Part shown: piece after piece, positions 20,306-31,009 of the stretch
Layout: each line of letters opens with the position of its first letter
How positions within the stretch are numbered: position 1 is the stretch's first letter
Assembly (NCBI GenBank): GCA_963730605.1
Contig: CAVSSM010000001.1
Location: 192,001-256,000, forward strand
Length of the DNA stretch: 64,000 bases
From: an uncultured Chlamydiae bacterium
GTDB lineage: Bacteria; Chlamydiota; Chlamydiia; Chlamydiales; SM23-39
Direction: 5' to 3'
Program-made: the position numbers and the translations under genes
Notes under the pieces: model-generated
Seen by the model: the letters and a program-made list of their open reading frames with translations, nothing else
Told to the model about the DNA's origin: nothing
Database searches by the model: none

Positions 20306-21952
20306 CTACCTCAGGATGAACTCGGGGTAATACTCGAAGTGAGGGGATGAATTCGCGATGCGATAGAGGGGGCCAATGTCGATCTTGAGGCCCTGCTCGA
20401 ATTTGGTTTGCAATTCGGGAGCCGTGAGGTAGTTCATATGTGGATTGCCCGTGCGGCCCACGACATTGAGTGGAATATTCACCACCTTGGAGTGGTCGAA
20501 GTAAAGCCCGATCTCATGTTCGTTGATGTATTCTTTGGCCCAGCAAAACTCGAGGCTGTTCGGGGTTTTGTAGCGCATGTTTTCGAACGGCTCTTTCAAG
20601 ACGCTCTTTTGAAAAAGGGTCATATCGACGCTATGGGGAAAATCCCAATCGCAATATCCGGCCTTGAGGTTCCAGGCATAAATCCCTTTGCCAAGATCTA
20701 TGCTTTTTGGCACCGGCTGGTCTCGGCCCGCTTGGTACGAATAGGTGATATTACACCCCAGCCGCAAATAGAACCCGTAGGCTCCCGTTCTCGACATCGT
20801 TTCCATGCACGTTTTGAGATCCACGAAATCTTTAACGATCTGGTCGTCGGTGCCGAACATGACATACTCGCTGGATGAGTCGAAGAGGATTTTCAAAAGC
20901 AGGGGTTTAAAATCTTTTTTCGGCTCTTTTCCCTGGAATACGAAATGCACTTCGGGAAATTCCGCCGCAATCTTCTCGTAACTCTGAAAATACTTTGGGT
21001 CTCTCGCACGGCAAAGGACATGGATCTTCTCGAAACCGGTCATGTAGCGATGGATCGACTCAAGGCAGGCAAAAAGTTGCAAAGGACGATCGCAGGAAAA
21101 AAGGACGATGTCGGCCCTCTCCTCAACATTTAGACTCTTTGGGAATTCGGGCAAAGCCTGATAAGAGGAAAGCGACTCGCTCGCCTCTTCCCTGCAAGAT
21201 CTCGCGAGATTTGCGATGAAGAGGGGTTCATTCAAGACGCGGTGTCTTCCTTGGGACATCTGGAGAAGCGGCTTGAGATAGGCATCCTTGCCGAAAGTGA
21301 ATCGGCCATCCCTCACAAGATCGGCGAGGCGGACTTGCTTGAAAAGAGCCGAATAAAAAGAGATAGGGATGTGAGGCTCCAAGTTCTCTAATTTCGATGC
21401 ACAGTTCGCTTTCTCATAACTTGGATAAAGGATGGGGCCGGCGGCGGTAAGCCAAACATCTGGATTTTGGTAAACGGCATTCAGGCGGCTCAAAACCCTC
21501 GGATGGGCCATCCAGTCCTTTACATCGAGAGGGATCGCGATCTCAAGGTCTTGCAACGTGGCGACCGCACGGTAAAGGCAAGCAACGGGCCCGAGCCGCT
21601 CTGGATTCTGGATCAAGATCACCCTATGGTCCTGCTTATTGTCTAAGACGAAAGATTGGACTTTTTCAAACGTCCCATCCTTGGAGCCGTCATCGATGAA
21701 AATAACGCGGAAGCGGTCGTACTCTTGTTCGAAGATCGATTTCAGCGTCCTTTCGCAAATCTTGCCATTTTTGTATGCGTAGACTATGAGAGCAAACGGC
21801 TTTTCTTCCATCAGAGGAAAATCTCTCTCAGGGTGGGGACTCTCTCTTAAGACGATTTTTTCTTCTTTTTTAGCGTCATGGCTGCCGCCCATCCAATATC
21901 CGAATAGAGTCGCAGCCAAAATAGGGAGTAAGTAGAAAAATTTCGGTCTCAT
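20306..21952 (-). CDS. Glycosyltransferase family 2-like two-domain protein
   Basis: N-terminal TM; RVIFIDDGSKDGT; second domain FSCDRPLQL...FGTDDQIV. Confidence 0.8.
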   Translation of the reverse strand: MRPKFFYLLPILAATLFGYWMGGSHDAKKEEKIVLRESPHPERDFPLMEEKPFALIVYAYKNGKICERTLKSIFEQEYDRFRVIFIDDGSKDGTFEKVQSFVLDNKQDHRVILIQNPERLGPVACLYRAVATLQDLEIAIPLDVKDWMAHPRVLSRLNAVYQNPDVWLTAAGPILYPSYEKANCASKLENLEPHIPISFYSALFKQVRLADLVRDGRFTFGKDAYLKPLLQMSQGRHRVLNEPLFIANLARSCREEASESLSSYQALPEFPKSLNVEERADIVLFSCDRPLQLFACLESIHRYMTGFEKIHVLCRARDPKYFQSYEKIAAEFPEVHFVFQGKEPKKDFKPLLLKILFDSSSEYVMFGTDDQIVKDFVDLKTCMETMSRTGAYGFYLRLGCNITYSYQAGRDQPVPKSIDLGKGIYAWNLKAGYCDWDFPHSVDMTLFQKSVLKEPFENMRYKTPNSLEFCWAKEYINEHEIGLYFDHSKVVNIPLNVVGRTGNPHMNYLTAPELQTKFEQGLKIDIGPLYRIANSSPHFEYYPEFILR

Positions 21953-22839
21953 TCAAACCCACCTGTCAGTGGCTCATGGGGAGGTTGCGACCGGATCTCT
22001 TTTTCACAAAATGCATGGAGTTCGCGATCCTCCGTTTTCAAACTGTCCCGATTGCAAATGTAGAGGACGTCCTGAAGGCATTGAGAGTGACCGTCGGCCA
22101 TTTCGAGCATCGGAAACATGTAGGCAAGATCGGCGGCCCCTTGAAAATACTCCCCTTTGTATTGCAAATCGGCATCGTCGATCTTTTTGAACAGGCCGGC
22201 ATAAAACGTCTTCAAATGAGTGGCTGTTAACGGCTGGGAGCGGATCGGTTTGCCTCTTCCATTCAACGGCCTTGCGTTTCCCAGCTGATAGGTCGGATAG
22301 TCGCGCGCCTCTCCATACGTCAGCCAAAGATCGGGATCGGCATAATACTGGTTGAGACGCGCTATCACCCATTCATGCGCAAGCCAATCGTCTCCATGCA
22401 ACACAGCTACGATCTCTTCATCGGGAAATCCTCGCACGGCGCTTGCCAGGCTGGCCAGGGACCCAAGCGGCTTCTCGTTCTGGTGGAATTGGATTTTTGT
22501 AAAACAAGGGCTGTCATAAATCAGATCCCTTGCCAAATCGCCGCTCCCATCGTCGGAGGCGTCGTCGATATACAAAATCCGAAAATTCTCATAATTTTGC
22601 AAAAAAACCGATTGGAGGGTTTTTTCCAAGTTAGCGCCATTGTTTCTTCCGACGATCACAATGTGAAACGGGTGATTTTCCAAAGGATACGGGGTAGGGC
22701 GAAATTCCATGGGTCGATGCGAGAGTTTGGATGCTGTTACCTTCGCGGCAAAGAGCTCGACCGCCTTCCAGCGCGCCGCGCCAAAGCCGGCGGTAAAACC
22801 CGCCGTAAGCAAAATCAAAAAAAAGAGAAACCGTCTCAT
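21949..22839 (-). CDS. Glycosyltransferase family 2 protein
   Basis: YIDDASDDGS, LHGDDWLAH, WLTYG, DLAYMFPMLEMA. Confidence 0.85.
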   Translation of the reverse strand: MRRFLFFLILLTAGFTAGFGAARWKAVELFAAKVTASKLSHRPMEFRPTPYPLENHPFHIVIVGRNNGANLEKTLQSVFLQNYENFRILYIDDASDDGSGDLARDLIYDSPCFTKIQFHQNEKPLGSLASLASAVRGFPDEEIVAVLHGDDWLAHEWVIARLNQYYADPDLWLTYGEARDYPTYQLGNARPLNGRGKPIRSQPLTATHLKTFYAGLFKKIDDADLQYKGEYFQGAADLAYMFPMLEMADGHSQCLQDVLYICNRDSLKTEDRELHAFCEKEIRSQPPHEPLTGGFE

Positions 22840-23023
22840 ACTAAATTCTGATTTTTCACAAAAACCCTGAAAGAATTCAAGAAAAAAGCAGTTCCTCGGC
22901 AAGCTGCCAATACTGTCAACTTAAGGTTTTACTGCACAACCGATCGTGATATCCTCTTGTCCTAAGTTACTTAGGAAAGACTATGTAGACAATCGAAACT
23001 GATAGTCAGTAACTTAAGATTCT

Positions 23024-23063
23024 ATTATGCTCAAAATTGACAAATGTCGATTTTGAGCATAAT
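23024..23063. promoter_or_regulatory. 14-bp-arm palindrome upstream of the ATPase gene
   Basis: ATTATGCTCAAAAT-tgacaaatgtcg-ATTTTGAGCATAAT. Confidence 0.45.
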
Positions 23064-23102
23064 GAATTGACTTAAACATCATGCTCATTTAATATAGACT
23101 AT

Positions 23103-24529
23103 ATGAAACCATTTGTCGGAAGAGATAACGAGTTACGAAGACTGGAAGACCTATCAAAATCAGGTCGAGCCTGTCTTGTTGTCATTAAAGGGCGTCGTCG
23201 GATAGGGAAAAGTCGTCTTGCCGAAGAATTCGGAAAAGATAAGGTTTTCTTGCCTTTTAGTGGGTTGGCTCCCGTTAAAGGGGTAACGGCGCAGGATCAG
23301 CGGGATGCCTTTGCACGCGAACTTGCGACTTTATTTCATCTTCCCCCTTTTACTTTCACAGATTGGAGTGATGCTTTTGCGCATCTATCAAGACATCTCA
23401 CAGCAAAACCCACTGTCATTCTCTTTGATGAGATTTCGTGGATGGGTTCAAAAGATCCAACATTTATCTCTAAATTAAAAGTTTGGTGGGATCTTGTCTT
23501 GCAGAACCATCCATCTACCATTCTTATTTTATGCGGCTCTATTTCGACTTGGATCGATAAAAACATCATCAATAGCACGGCTTTTTTTGGTCGAGTTTCT
23601 CTCTATCTAGAACTTACAGAACTATCGATTCCGCAATGCAAAGAATTATTGAATCTTCAAGGCTTCAAAGGATCGGATCTCGACTTTTTTAAGATTTTGA
23701 GCGTGACTGGCGGAGTGCCTTGGTATCTCGAGCAGATTCAGACTCATCAAAGCGCTGATGAAAATATTAAACGCCTCTGTTTTGAAAAAAACGGCCTTTT
23801 GGTTCATGAATTTGACCGGATTTTTAATGATCTTTTCAGCTCAAGAGGAGAGATCTATAAAAAGATCATTACAATACTTAAGTCAAGGCATGAAAGACCG
23901 GAGCTACTCTGCAAAAGACAATGGCTTATTCGCCAAGCGGCACATTGAGCCATCATCTTAAGGCCCTTGAAATCTGTGGATTTGTCAGCAAACATCCAGA
24001 CTGGTCTTTAAAAACAGGTAAGCCAGGAAAACTGACCCTGTATCGGCTTTCCGACAATTATCTTCGCTTTTATATCCATTATATCGAACCCAATCTTACA
24101 AAAATTGAACAAGGGTCGTTTTTAGAAGTCCCGCTTTCTAGTTTACCTGGATGGGAACCTATGCTCGGCTTCCAACTTGAAAATCTTCTGCTGAAAAATA
24201 GATCTCTTCTTTACCAGGCACTTGGAATTCATGCTCAGGATGTCGTTATTGATAATCCCTATTTTCAAAAAGCCTCAGGTCGCAAAAAAGGATGCCAAAT
24301 CGATTATCTGATTCAAATGCATTCCAACACCCTTTTTGTCTGTGAAATCAAAATGCGCCGTCGTGAATTGGGACTTGAAGTGATCGATGCAATGAAAACC
24401 AAAATAGCTTCTCTTGCTCTTCCAAAAGGCTTCGGGATTTCGCCTGTTCTGCTTCATTTAGGCCCAGTCTCCGATGCTCTTTTAAGCAGTCGCTATTTTT
24501 ATCGTATCATCGATATCGCTGATTTATGA
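23103..24529 (+). CDS. Archaeal-type AAA ATPase with wHTH and PD-(D/E)xK-like C-terminus; frameshift near 23880-23910
   Basis: FVGRDNEL, GRRRIGKS, FDEISW, CGS, TGGVPWYL; QIDYLI..VCEIK. Confidence 0.8.
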
Positions 24530-24541
24530 ACAATATGGTTA

Positions 24542-24701
24542 TACCACGCCCGCTTAGGTTGTGTGAATTTTGACAGCGGATTTTGCGTTCCAGTAGCGTT
24601 GCGGAGATCGCCGTAAACTTTAGTATGTTAACAAGATCGAGCAATGCGCTGGGGCGCAAAAGGCGCTCAACAAAATTCACTCAAAATGAGTGGGCGCGGT
24701 A
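24542..24701. mobile_element. MITE-B copy 1 (diverged, 160 bp)
   Basis: TACCACGCCCGCT ... AGTGGGCGCGGTA flanked by TA. Confidence 0.85.
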
Positions 24702-24712
24702 TATCTCCGTAA

Positions 24713-25657
24713 TTAATGCATAAGTTGACAGCATTGGGCAAGCTGCTTGCCGAGCCAGGCATGATAGAGCATCCCCCTCGAGCCAAGACCCGTGAACACC
24801 CAGGTCTTCGCATTGAGCCTTTCCAGAATCGGCCGGTAGCCTTTTGGCCGCGAGATCCGCGCCCCAGCTCGGATCTCGATAACTTCGTACTCGCGGGCGG
24901 GCGGATAAATTCGAGCCGCTTTGCCAAGTAACTCTGAGATAGCAATTTCTTCGGGCTCAAGCGTTGAAAACGCATGCTCATACGTCGACCCGATTTGGCA
25001 GATCGAGGGATCCTCGGTCAAAGTGATATGCCCCTGCGACACGACGCTGCAAGGGAGTTTTTCCGGCCAGCGGCAAAGGAGCGTCTGCCCTTTCGTCACC
25101 TGCAGAGGCAGATGGGGAGCGAATTTGAGCGTCTCAAATCCGGCAGTCAAGACGATCCGATCGAACGCCCCCAAATCTTCAAGGGAGAAAATCGATTCTT
25201 GAATGAGACTTGCGCCGAGAGATTGGCACGCCTTCCATAGCCCTTCCAAATAGAGGCGTGAATAGAGGGTAATTCCGCTCGGGATCCAAATCCCGCCGCC
25301 AAAAATCGGGTGCTCTTGCCAAATGGCCTCCGGGTCCTTTTTCGCGCGCAAATCAAAATCCGCTTTCTGCTGTAACGTTTGCGCGGGGCGGAAAATCCCT
25401 GTCCTCGAAGATACGGGGCGCCCCATAGCAACTTCCGAGACAGCGATGAGTGCGCGGGTTTCCATCATCCCCTCCCCGGCCCCCCAGGAACGGAGCGCGC
25501 GCCGACCCGGAAACGGGTGCAAAAGACCTGTGGAGATTCCAGAAGCTCCTCCACCGATTCCTTTCATGTCGAAGAGCGTCGGTTGAATATGCGAGCTGCA
25601 AAGATGCCATGCGACGCTCAAACCCGCAAGCCCCGCTCCAACGATGGCGATTTTCAT
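24713..25657 (-). CDS. FAD-dependent oxidoreductase (DAO family)
   Basis: IAIVGAGLAG, GASGISTGLLHP, GLGSRG. Confidence 0.85.
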   Translation of the reverse strand: MKIAIVGAGLAGLSVAWHLCSSHIQPTLFDMKGIGGGASGISTGLLHPFPGRRALRSWGAGEGMMETRALIAVSEVAMGRPVSSRTGIFRPAQTLQQKADFDLRAKKDPEAIWQEHPIFGGGIWIPSGITLYSRLYLEGLWKACQSLGASLIQESIFSLEDLGAFDRIVLTAGFETLKFAPHLPLQVTKGQTLLCRWPEKLPCSVVSQGHITLTEDPSICQIGSTYEHAFSTLEPEEIAISELLGKAARIYPPAREYEVIEIRAGARISRPKGYRPILERLNAKTWVFTGLGSRGMLYHAWLGKQLAQCCQLMH

Positions 25658-26523
25658 AGTTTTGAATGGGACGGTTCGCGGCTTTTTTCTCCATAGATGG
25701 CATCCGCCGGAGATGGGATCCCTTGCAAAAGCTGGTAGCTTTCCGCTGCGAAATTAAAGAAGAAAACGACGGCGGGAGCCAAGATGGCGCAAAAAGGGAG
25801 CATGATGAAGAACCACTCGAGAGCCACGGAGAGAGAGCGCTCGCCGACCAAAAAACTGACATCGGTCAAAAAGGCGGCAAAGCTTAAGAGTCCGGCGACA
25901 AAACCAATGGGAATAAGGGCGACAAACAAAAGGATGAGGGCCGTGAAGAGCTTGCGGTTGAGGACATTCCACACCCTTTTGGCAAGGGGGATGTTTTTTA
26001 AGGGCTGCAAGGCGGCTGCGGGAGCCACGAAAAAAAGAAGCCCTAAATTGAATAAGCAGAGGAGGAGCGATCCGAAGATGAGAAGAAAGGGGCCGAAAGA
26101 AAAGACGACGCTGAAAAAATCGCCCAGCACAGGAACTTCTTGTAAAAGGAAAAAGATGCCGAGGAGCGTCCAAAGGAATAAATAGGCGAGGATCGGAAGG
26201 ATCGACAAGTAGGAGATCCCGACGATGAGATCGATCGATCCCCCGATCAGCTTCCTGAAATCGAGCGCGAGGTTTTTCGCCTCATGATGGTGCATACGGA
26301 TGACAAGGACGCCGAGGGCAAGCATTATCCCGGAAGAAAAGAGGATGGGGAAAAAGGCAAGGCTCATCGAAACCCATTCTCCCGATTCGAAGGAGACGGC
26401 TTTGCAAAAAACCGAGAGGATCCCGCATAAGACTAGGATCGGAAATGTGAGGGCAAGCTTTTTCCGGGATGCCGAAAGGAGGATGGCGCGGTTGAAGGCT
26501 TTCTCAAGATCGTTCCAATGCAT
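25654..26523 (-). CDS. Polytopic membrane protein, function unknown
   Basis: 289 aa with about 6 hydrophobic segments; ATGA overlap with the oxidoreductase. Confidence 0.75.
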   Translation of the reverse strand: MHWNDLEKAFNRAILLSASRKKLALTFPILVLCGILSVFCKAVSFESGEWVSMSLAFFPILFSSGIMLALGVLVIRMHHHEAKNLALDFRKLIGGSIDLIVGISYLSILPILAYLFLWTLLGIFFLLQEVPVLGDFFSVVFSFGPFLLIFGSLLLCLFNLGLLFFVAPAAALQPLKNIPLAKRVWNVLNRKLFTALILLFVALIPIGFVAGLLSFAAFLTDVSFLVGERSLSVALEWFFIMLPFCAILAPAVVFFFNFAAESYQLLQGIPSPADAIYGEKSREPSHSKL

Positions 26524-26781
26524 AGAAATTATTCTACAATGAGGGTATTCACTACTATGCTATAATGGACGTAGAACAATCAAGGCTCAAAAAAAATGTA
26601 TCCAGTCTGCCGCTCGTCCCCTTGCTGCTGCTCTCCTGGTTTAGGGGGCTATAGAAAGCTCCTCCTCCCCGCCGCGCTGCTCGCAGCCGGACTCATGCTA
26701 GCGGCCGTTGGCATGTTCCGGGTGGATGAGGATCGCATTGTTTTACGGGATACTACAGAGGCTCTTTCGTTCGTTCAGGAA

Positions 26782-27480
26782 TTAGTCGGCCTCATGGGCA
26801 TGATCCTGCCGCGGTAAAGTACGTTCGTAGTACGTTTTCAATGTTCTTAAGGTGATCAAGGCCCCTTCGAGGACATGGACTCCAATGGCAAGCCCGCTGA
26901 GGAGATGACCCCATGGGTGATCCTTTGGGATGATTTTCGTCATTTGTCCTATTGAGGCCAAGGTACCGGCCACGGAAATGAGCGACGCAGCCAGGGCAGC
27001 GATTCTTTGAATGCGGGATCCGAGCGTAGGAGGAGCGGCGCGGACGGGCCTTGCGTCATAATGCATTTGCATGCCTCTGCTTGCTATCTGATGAACGCTT
27101 TGATAGAGGTTCGATCCGGGATGGTCAAAGAAAAGGCTGGGGATCTGGCTGAATGTGAAAGTCGCTAAATGTTCGTGCCGTTTTTTTTCCGCGCGGGCAG
27201 CTAGATAATCTCCTCTTCGCAGTTGGACTTTCTCGGCAACTTCCCCATTCAGCACCCCTGAATTGAGCATTTGGCTGAGCCGGGTGATCTTTTTCTCTAA
27301 CTGAGCGATTTCTCGTTTCAGAGACCTTTGCTTGTAGATCTGCCAACCTATTTTCCCGAGGATGAGCGCAGCGGCAACCGCAGGCTGGTAGGGCTCCATG
27401 GTTCTGATCGCGCCTTTGAGCGGTTTCCACATCAGGGAACCCAATGAAGGGATTTGCTGGATATGATAAATCATAAACAT
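26782..27480 (-). CDS. Hypothetical membrane protein
   Basis: 232 aa with hydrophobic segments and an AT-rich upstream region. Confidence 0.6.
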   Translation of the reverse strand: MFMIYHIQQIPSLGSLMWKPLKGAIRTMEPYQPAVAAALILGKIGWQIYKQRSLKREIAQLEKKITRLSQMLNSGVLNGEVAEKVQLRRGDYLAARAEKKRHEHLATFTFSQIPSLFFDHPGSNLYQSVHQIASRGMQMHYDARPVRAAPPTLGSRIQRIAALAASLISVAGTLASIGQMTKIIPKDHPWGHLLSGLAIGVHVLEGALITLRTLKTYYERTLPRQDHAHEAD

Positions 27481-27590
27481 TTTTTAGTTATTTATATATA
27501 TTATAACACATAAGTTAAATTAACGTAATAAAAATAATTATCTAAATATATTTTATATATTTTTGACTGCTTTTTGGCATTGTTCGACTA

Positions 27591-27785
27591 TACCGCTCGT
27601 GATTGAAAAATCGGTTCTGGCGACGCCCCACCCCAAAACCGATGCGTCTTCGAGGACCCCGGACCCGGCGCCGGCAAGGCCTGGCTCAAATTCAGGTCTG
27701 CTTCCCTTAGAAAAAGCTCGAACCTCCGAACTTTTTCAAGTGTCCGCAGCCTTGCCATATTCCGATTTTTGAATCCCTCTCGGTA
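27591..27785. mobile_element. IS630-derived MITE (195 bp)
   Basis: Left end TACCGCTCGTGATT is identical to the left end of the IS630 at 48185; right end TTTTTGAATCCCTCTCGGTA; TA flanks. Confidence 0.82.
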
Positions 27786-27919
27786 TAAAAAATTTGTTCA
27801 CTTTCAGAATATATTAAATTTTAACTTTGTACAACAGTTGTTTTTACACAAAACAAATTGACATTAACTAGTAAATTATATATAATAGTGACATATTTTT
27901 TAGAAAAAGGATGTTCTTA

Positions 27920-29422
27920 ATGATCTGCAGCGCAAACACGACCGTTTCACTCCCCTTCACAGTCGGGGAAGAGGGCCTTATACCTGGTATCGCCTTAGCT
28001 CCTACTATTTTACCCGAAGCAGGCCGAGTCGAGGAGCTATTCGAACAAGCATCGAACGCTTTGGGCTTTGCCCTGAATCCAACCCACTCCTGCAAGGAAA
28101 TCGAAGATCTGTTGCTCACCAATCTGCTCGCTTGCGACTCCAACCCCCGATACCAAAAAGCAAGTCTTTTTTTGCCATCTGACGGGGGGCGTTGCGCAGT
28201 AGTCGGGACAGAGGGAACCATCGAAAAGATAAGAATTCTGCTAAGTCAGAGTTGCGCTTCCCGCCCCACCGCTGGATGCGAAGAGAAACTATGGAGCTCG
28301 AAGGATACCTTTACAAAATCTCTTGCTTTGAGGATGGAAGACTTGGCGAGGATCACGGAACGTTTCCAGTTCTTCGATGATGCAAAAAACAGGAAAGAAA
28401 TACTTGCCATTGGACGCGAACTTCTTGATCTTCAAAGGAAGTTTTCGGACTCGCACTATCTTTTTACTCATGGGATGAGTCGAGTACATGCTCTCCTTCC
28501 CAAACTTATTACTAAGTTAGATCATCGTTTATGGCCCAAACGGGATTCGAAGGATTTTATCTTTGCCCGTGCGGTTCCTCCTAAAAAACCAACAACTCCA
28601 CTCAATGAAATTTTCCGAAAACTAGAGCTTGGTGGAGACGACTGGAGTTTGCGATCCGAATTGCTTTGTGCAGATGCAGATCTGCTCAACAAAGAATTCA
28701 CTGAATCTGCATTGTATTTCTATCTAGCGAACTCAAATATCTTTAAGAATATTCAATTTATTACTTGCGATATCCTAGCAAGGTTTGCTGAAGAATTTGG
28801 CTTGGATTATTCCATAACAAAATGCGAAGGAGATTTGGGTTCCAGGGTTATAAGGATGTCTGGGGGGAGGGGGAATGGGTACGGTGCGCTTCTCGCCTAC
28901 GCGGTGCCAAAACCTCTCGTTCATAATCCTAACACCAACCTAGTCTACACATCTTTCCCTTTAGGTATGCCTGTGGATAAAGAGAATCCATTGGCCCGCC
29001 TGGAGGAATTGGTGGCAGGTCCGGATCAAGAGACCGGTATTTCCGTTCGCCTTCTCACTTCTCATCTCAGGCCAGAAAACGGCATTAAAGCCTTTTGGGT
29101 CGGGGAGAATAAAATTCAAGACGAACGCGAACAAAAATGGTCAGACAAGTTCACTGAGATCGCTGAATCTTTTTTCAACATAATTCTTCAACACTTCAGC
29201 CCAGAATTTAAAGCCTTTTGGGTCGGGGAGAAGAAAAAAGAAGACGAATACGATCTGAAATGGACAGACGAGTTCTCTGAGATCGCTGAATCTTTTTTCA
29301 ACAAGATTCTTCAACACTGCCATGCGCAAGCAGCGCCTGACTTTCCGGGAGCAAAGAACGCAGAGTGCGAGCGATTGCTGAGAGAGACCGATATAGGGAC
29401 TGAAAAGGTTGGTGCTTCATGA
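27920..29422 (+). CDS. Hypothetical protein, tandem paralog 1, with an internal 41-aa duplication
   Basis: Highly similar to 29419..30819; 123-bp repeat starting at 29085 and 29208. Confidence 0.8.
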   Translation: MICSANTTVSLPFTVGEEGLIPGIALAPTILPEAGRVEELFEQASNALGFALNPTHSCKEIEDLLLTNLLACDSNPRYQKASLFLPSDGGRCAVVGTEGTIEKIRILLSQSCASRPTAGCEEKLWSSKDTFTKSLALRMEDLARITERFQFFDDAKNRKEILAIGRELLDLQRKFSDSHYLFTHGMSRVHALLPKLITKLDHRLWPKRDSKDFIFARAVPPKKPTTPLNEIFRKLELGGDDWSLRSELLCADADLLNKEFTESALYFYLANSNIFKNIQFITCDILARFAEEFGLDYSITKCEGDLGSRVIRMSGGRGNGYGALLAYAVPKPLVHNPNTNLVYTSFPLGMPVDKENPLARLEELVAGPDQETGISVRLLTSHLRPENGIKAFWVGENKIQDEREQKWSDKFTEIAESFFNIILQHFSPEFKAFWVGEKKKEDEYDLKWTDEFSEIAESFFNKILQHCHAQAAPDFPGAKNAECERLLRETDIGTEKVGAS

Positions 29423-30819
29423 TCTGCAGCGCAAACACGACCGTTTCACTCCCCTTCACAGTCGGGGGAACGGGTCTTATACCTGGTATCGCCTTGGCTC
29501 CTACTGTTTTACCCGAAGCAGGCCGAGTCGAGGAGCTATTCGAACAAGCATCGAACGCTTTCGGCTTTACCCTGAATCAAACCCACTCCTACAAGGAAAT
29601 CGAGGATCGGTTGCTCACCAACCTGCTCGCGTGCGATTCCAACCCCCGATACCAAAAAGCAAGTCTTCGGCTGCCATCTGAAAGAGGCTGTTGCAATGGA
29701 GAATCAGACGAAACCATTGAAGAGGTAAGAAACCTACTAAGTCACAGTTGCCGCTTGCGCCCTACCGCCGGATGCGAAGAGAAAAAATGGAGTTCGAAAG
29801 GCACCTTCACAAAATCCCTCGCTCTGGGGATGGAAGACCTGGCGAGAATCGCGGAACGTTTCGAATTCGTTGACGATCCAAAAACCAAGGAAGAAATACT
29901 TGCCATCGGGCGCGAACTTCTTGATCTTCAAAGGAAGTATGCGGACTCGCACTATCTTTTTACTCATGGGATGAGTCGAGTACATGCATTGCTTCCAAAA
30001 CTCATTACCAAGTTAGATCATCGTTTATGGCCCAAACGGGATTCGAAGGATTTTATCTTTGCCCGTGTGGTTCCTCCTGCTAAACCAATGACACAACTTA
30101 GTGAAATTTTTCAGGAACTAAAACGTAAGAATGATCATGCTTTGCGATACGAATTGCTTTGTGCAGATGCGGATCTTCTCAATAGAGATGGGTCTGAATC
30201 TGCATTGTATTACTATCTAGAGAACACCAATATCTTTCGAGAAATTCATTTAATTGTTTGCGATATCCTAACAAGGTTTGCTGAAGAGTTTGGTATGGAT
30301 TTTTCCACGACAAAATGCAAGGGAGATTTTGGTTCCAGGGTTATAATGGATACGAGTACATGGCATCTCTTCTGGAGGAGGGGGGAATACGGTGCGCTTC
30401 TCGCCTATGCGGTGCCAAAAACTCTCATTCGCGATCCTAACACCAATTTTGTCTACACATCAATCCCTTTTGGCAAGCCTGTGGATGAAGTGGATCCATT
30501 GGCCCGACTGCAGGAATTGGTGTCAGGTTCGGATCGAAACACCGGCCTGTCTGTCCGACTTCTCACTTCTCACCTCAGACCAGAAAACGGCATTAAAGCC
30601 TTTTGGGTCGGGGAGAAGAAAGTTCAAAACGAACACGAGCAAAAATTCACAGACAAGTTCACTGAGATCGCTGAGTCTTTTTTCAACAAGATTCTTCAAC
30701 ACTGCCATGCGCAGTCGGCGCCTGGATTTCTCGGCTTTTTTGGAACAAAGATTAATCCGGAATGCGAGCGATTGCTGCGAGAAACCGCTGCAGTGACTGA
30801 CAAGGTCGGTGCTCTATGA
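29419..30819 (+). CDS. Hypothetical protein, tandem paralog 2
   Basis: ATGA-coupled to paralog 1; shares HYLFTHGMS, ELLCADADLL, ESALY, GALLAYAVPK, SVRLLTSHL. Confidence 0.8.
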   Translation: MICSANTTVSLPFTVGGTGLIPGIALAPTVLPEAGRVEELFEQASNAFGFTLNQTHSYKEIEDRLLTNLLACDSNPRYQKASLRLPSERGCCNGESDETIEEVRNLLSHSCRLRPTAGCEEKKWSSKGTFTKSLALGMEDLARIAERFEFVDDPKTKEEILAIGRELLDLQRKYADSHYLFTHGMSRVHALLPKLITKLDHRLWPKRDSKDFIFARVVPPAKPMTQLSEIFQELKRKNDHALRYELLCADADLLNRDGSESALYYYLENTNIFREIHLIVCDILTRFAEEFGMDFSTTKCKGDFGSRVIMDTSTWHLFWRRGEYGALLAYAVPKTLIRDPNTNFVYTSIPFGKPVDEVDPLARLQELVSGSDRNTGLSVRLLTSHLRPENGIKAFWVGEKKVQNEHEQKFTDKFTEIAESFFNKILQHCHAQSAPGFLGFFGTKINPECERLLRETAAVTDKVGAL

Positions 30820-30848
30820 CAGTTCTCACTCAAGCCATTTGGGACATA

Positions 30849-31009
30849 TACTGCGCCCGCTTAGGTTGTGTGAATTTTGACAGCAGATTTTTGGCTCCAG
30901 TAGCATTGCGGAGATCGAGTCCAACTTGCACAATGTTAATGAGATCGAGCAATGCGCTGGAGCAAAAAAGATGCTCAACAAAATTCACTCAAGATGAGCG
31001 GGCGCAGTA
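30849..31009. mobile_element. MITE-B copy 2 (161 bp), interrupting a short ORF that starts at 30816
   Basis: TACTGCGCCCGCT ... AGCGGGCGCAGTA with TA duplication. Confidence 0.88.

Noticed and set aside
26566..26817. Small ORF opposite 26782..27480
   Set aside because: Uncertain start in a poly-A run and no recognisable motif.
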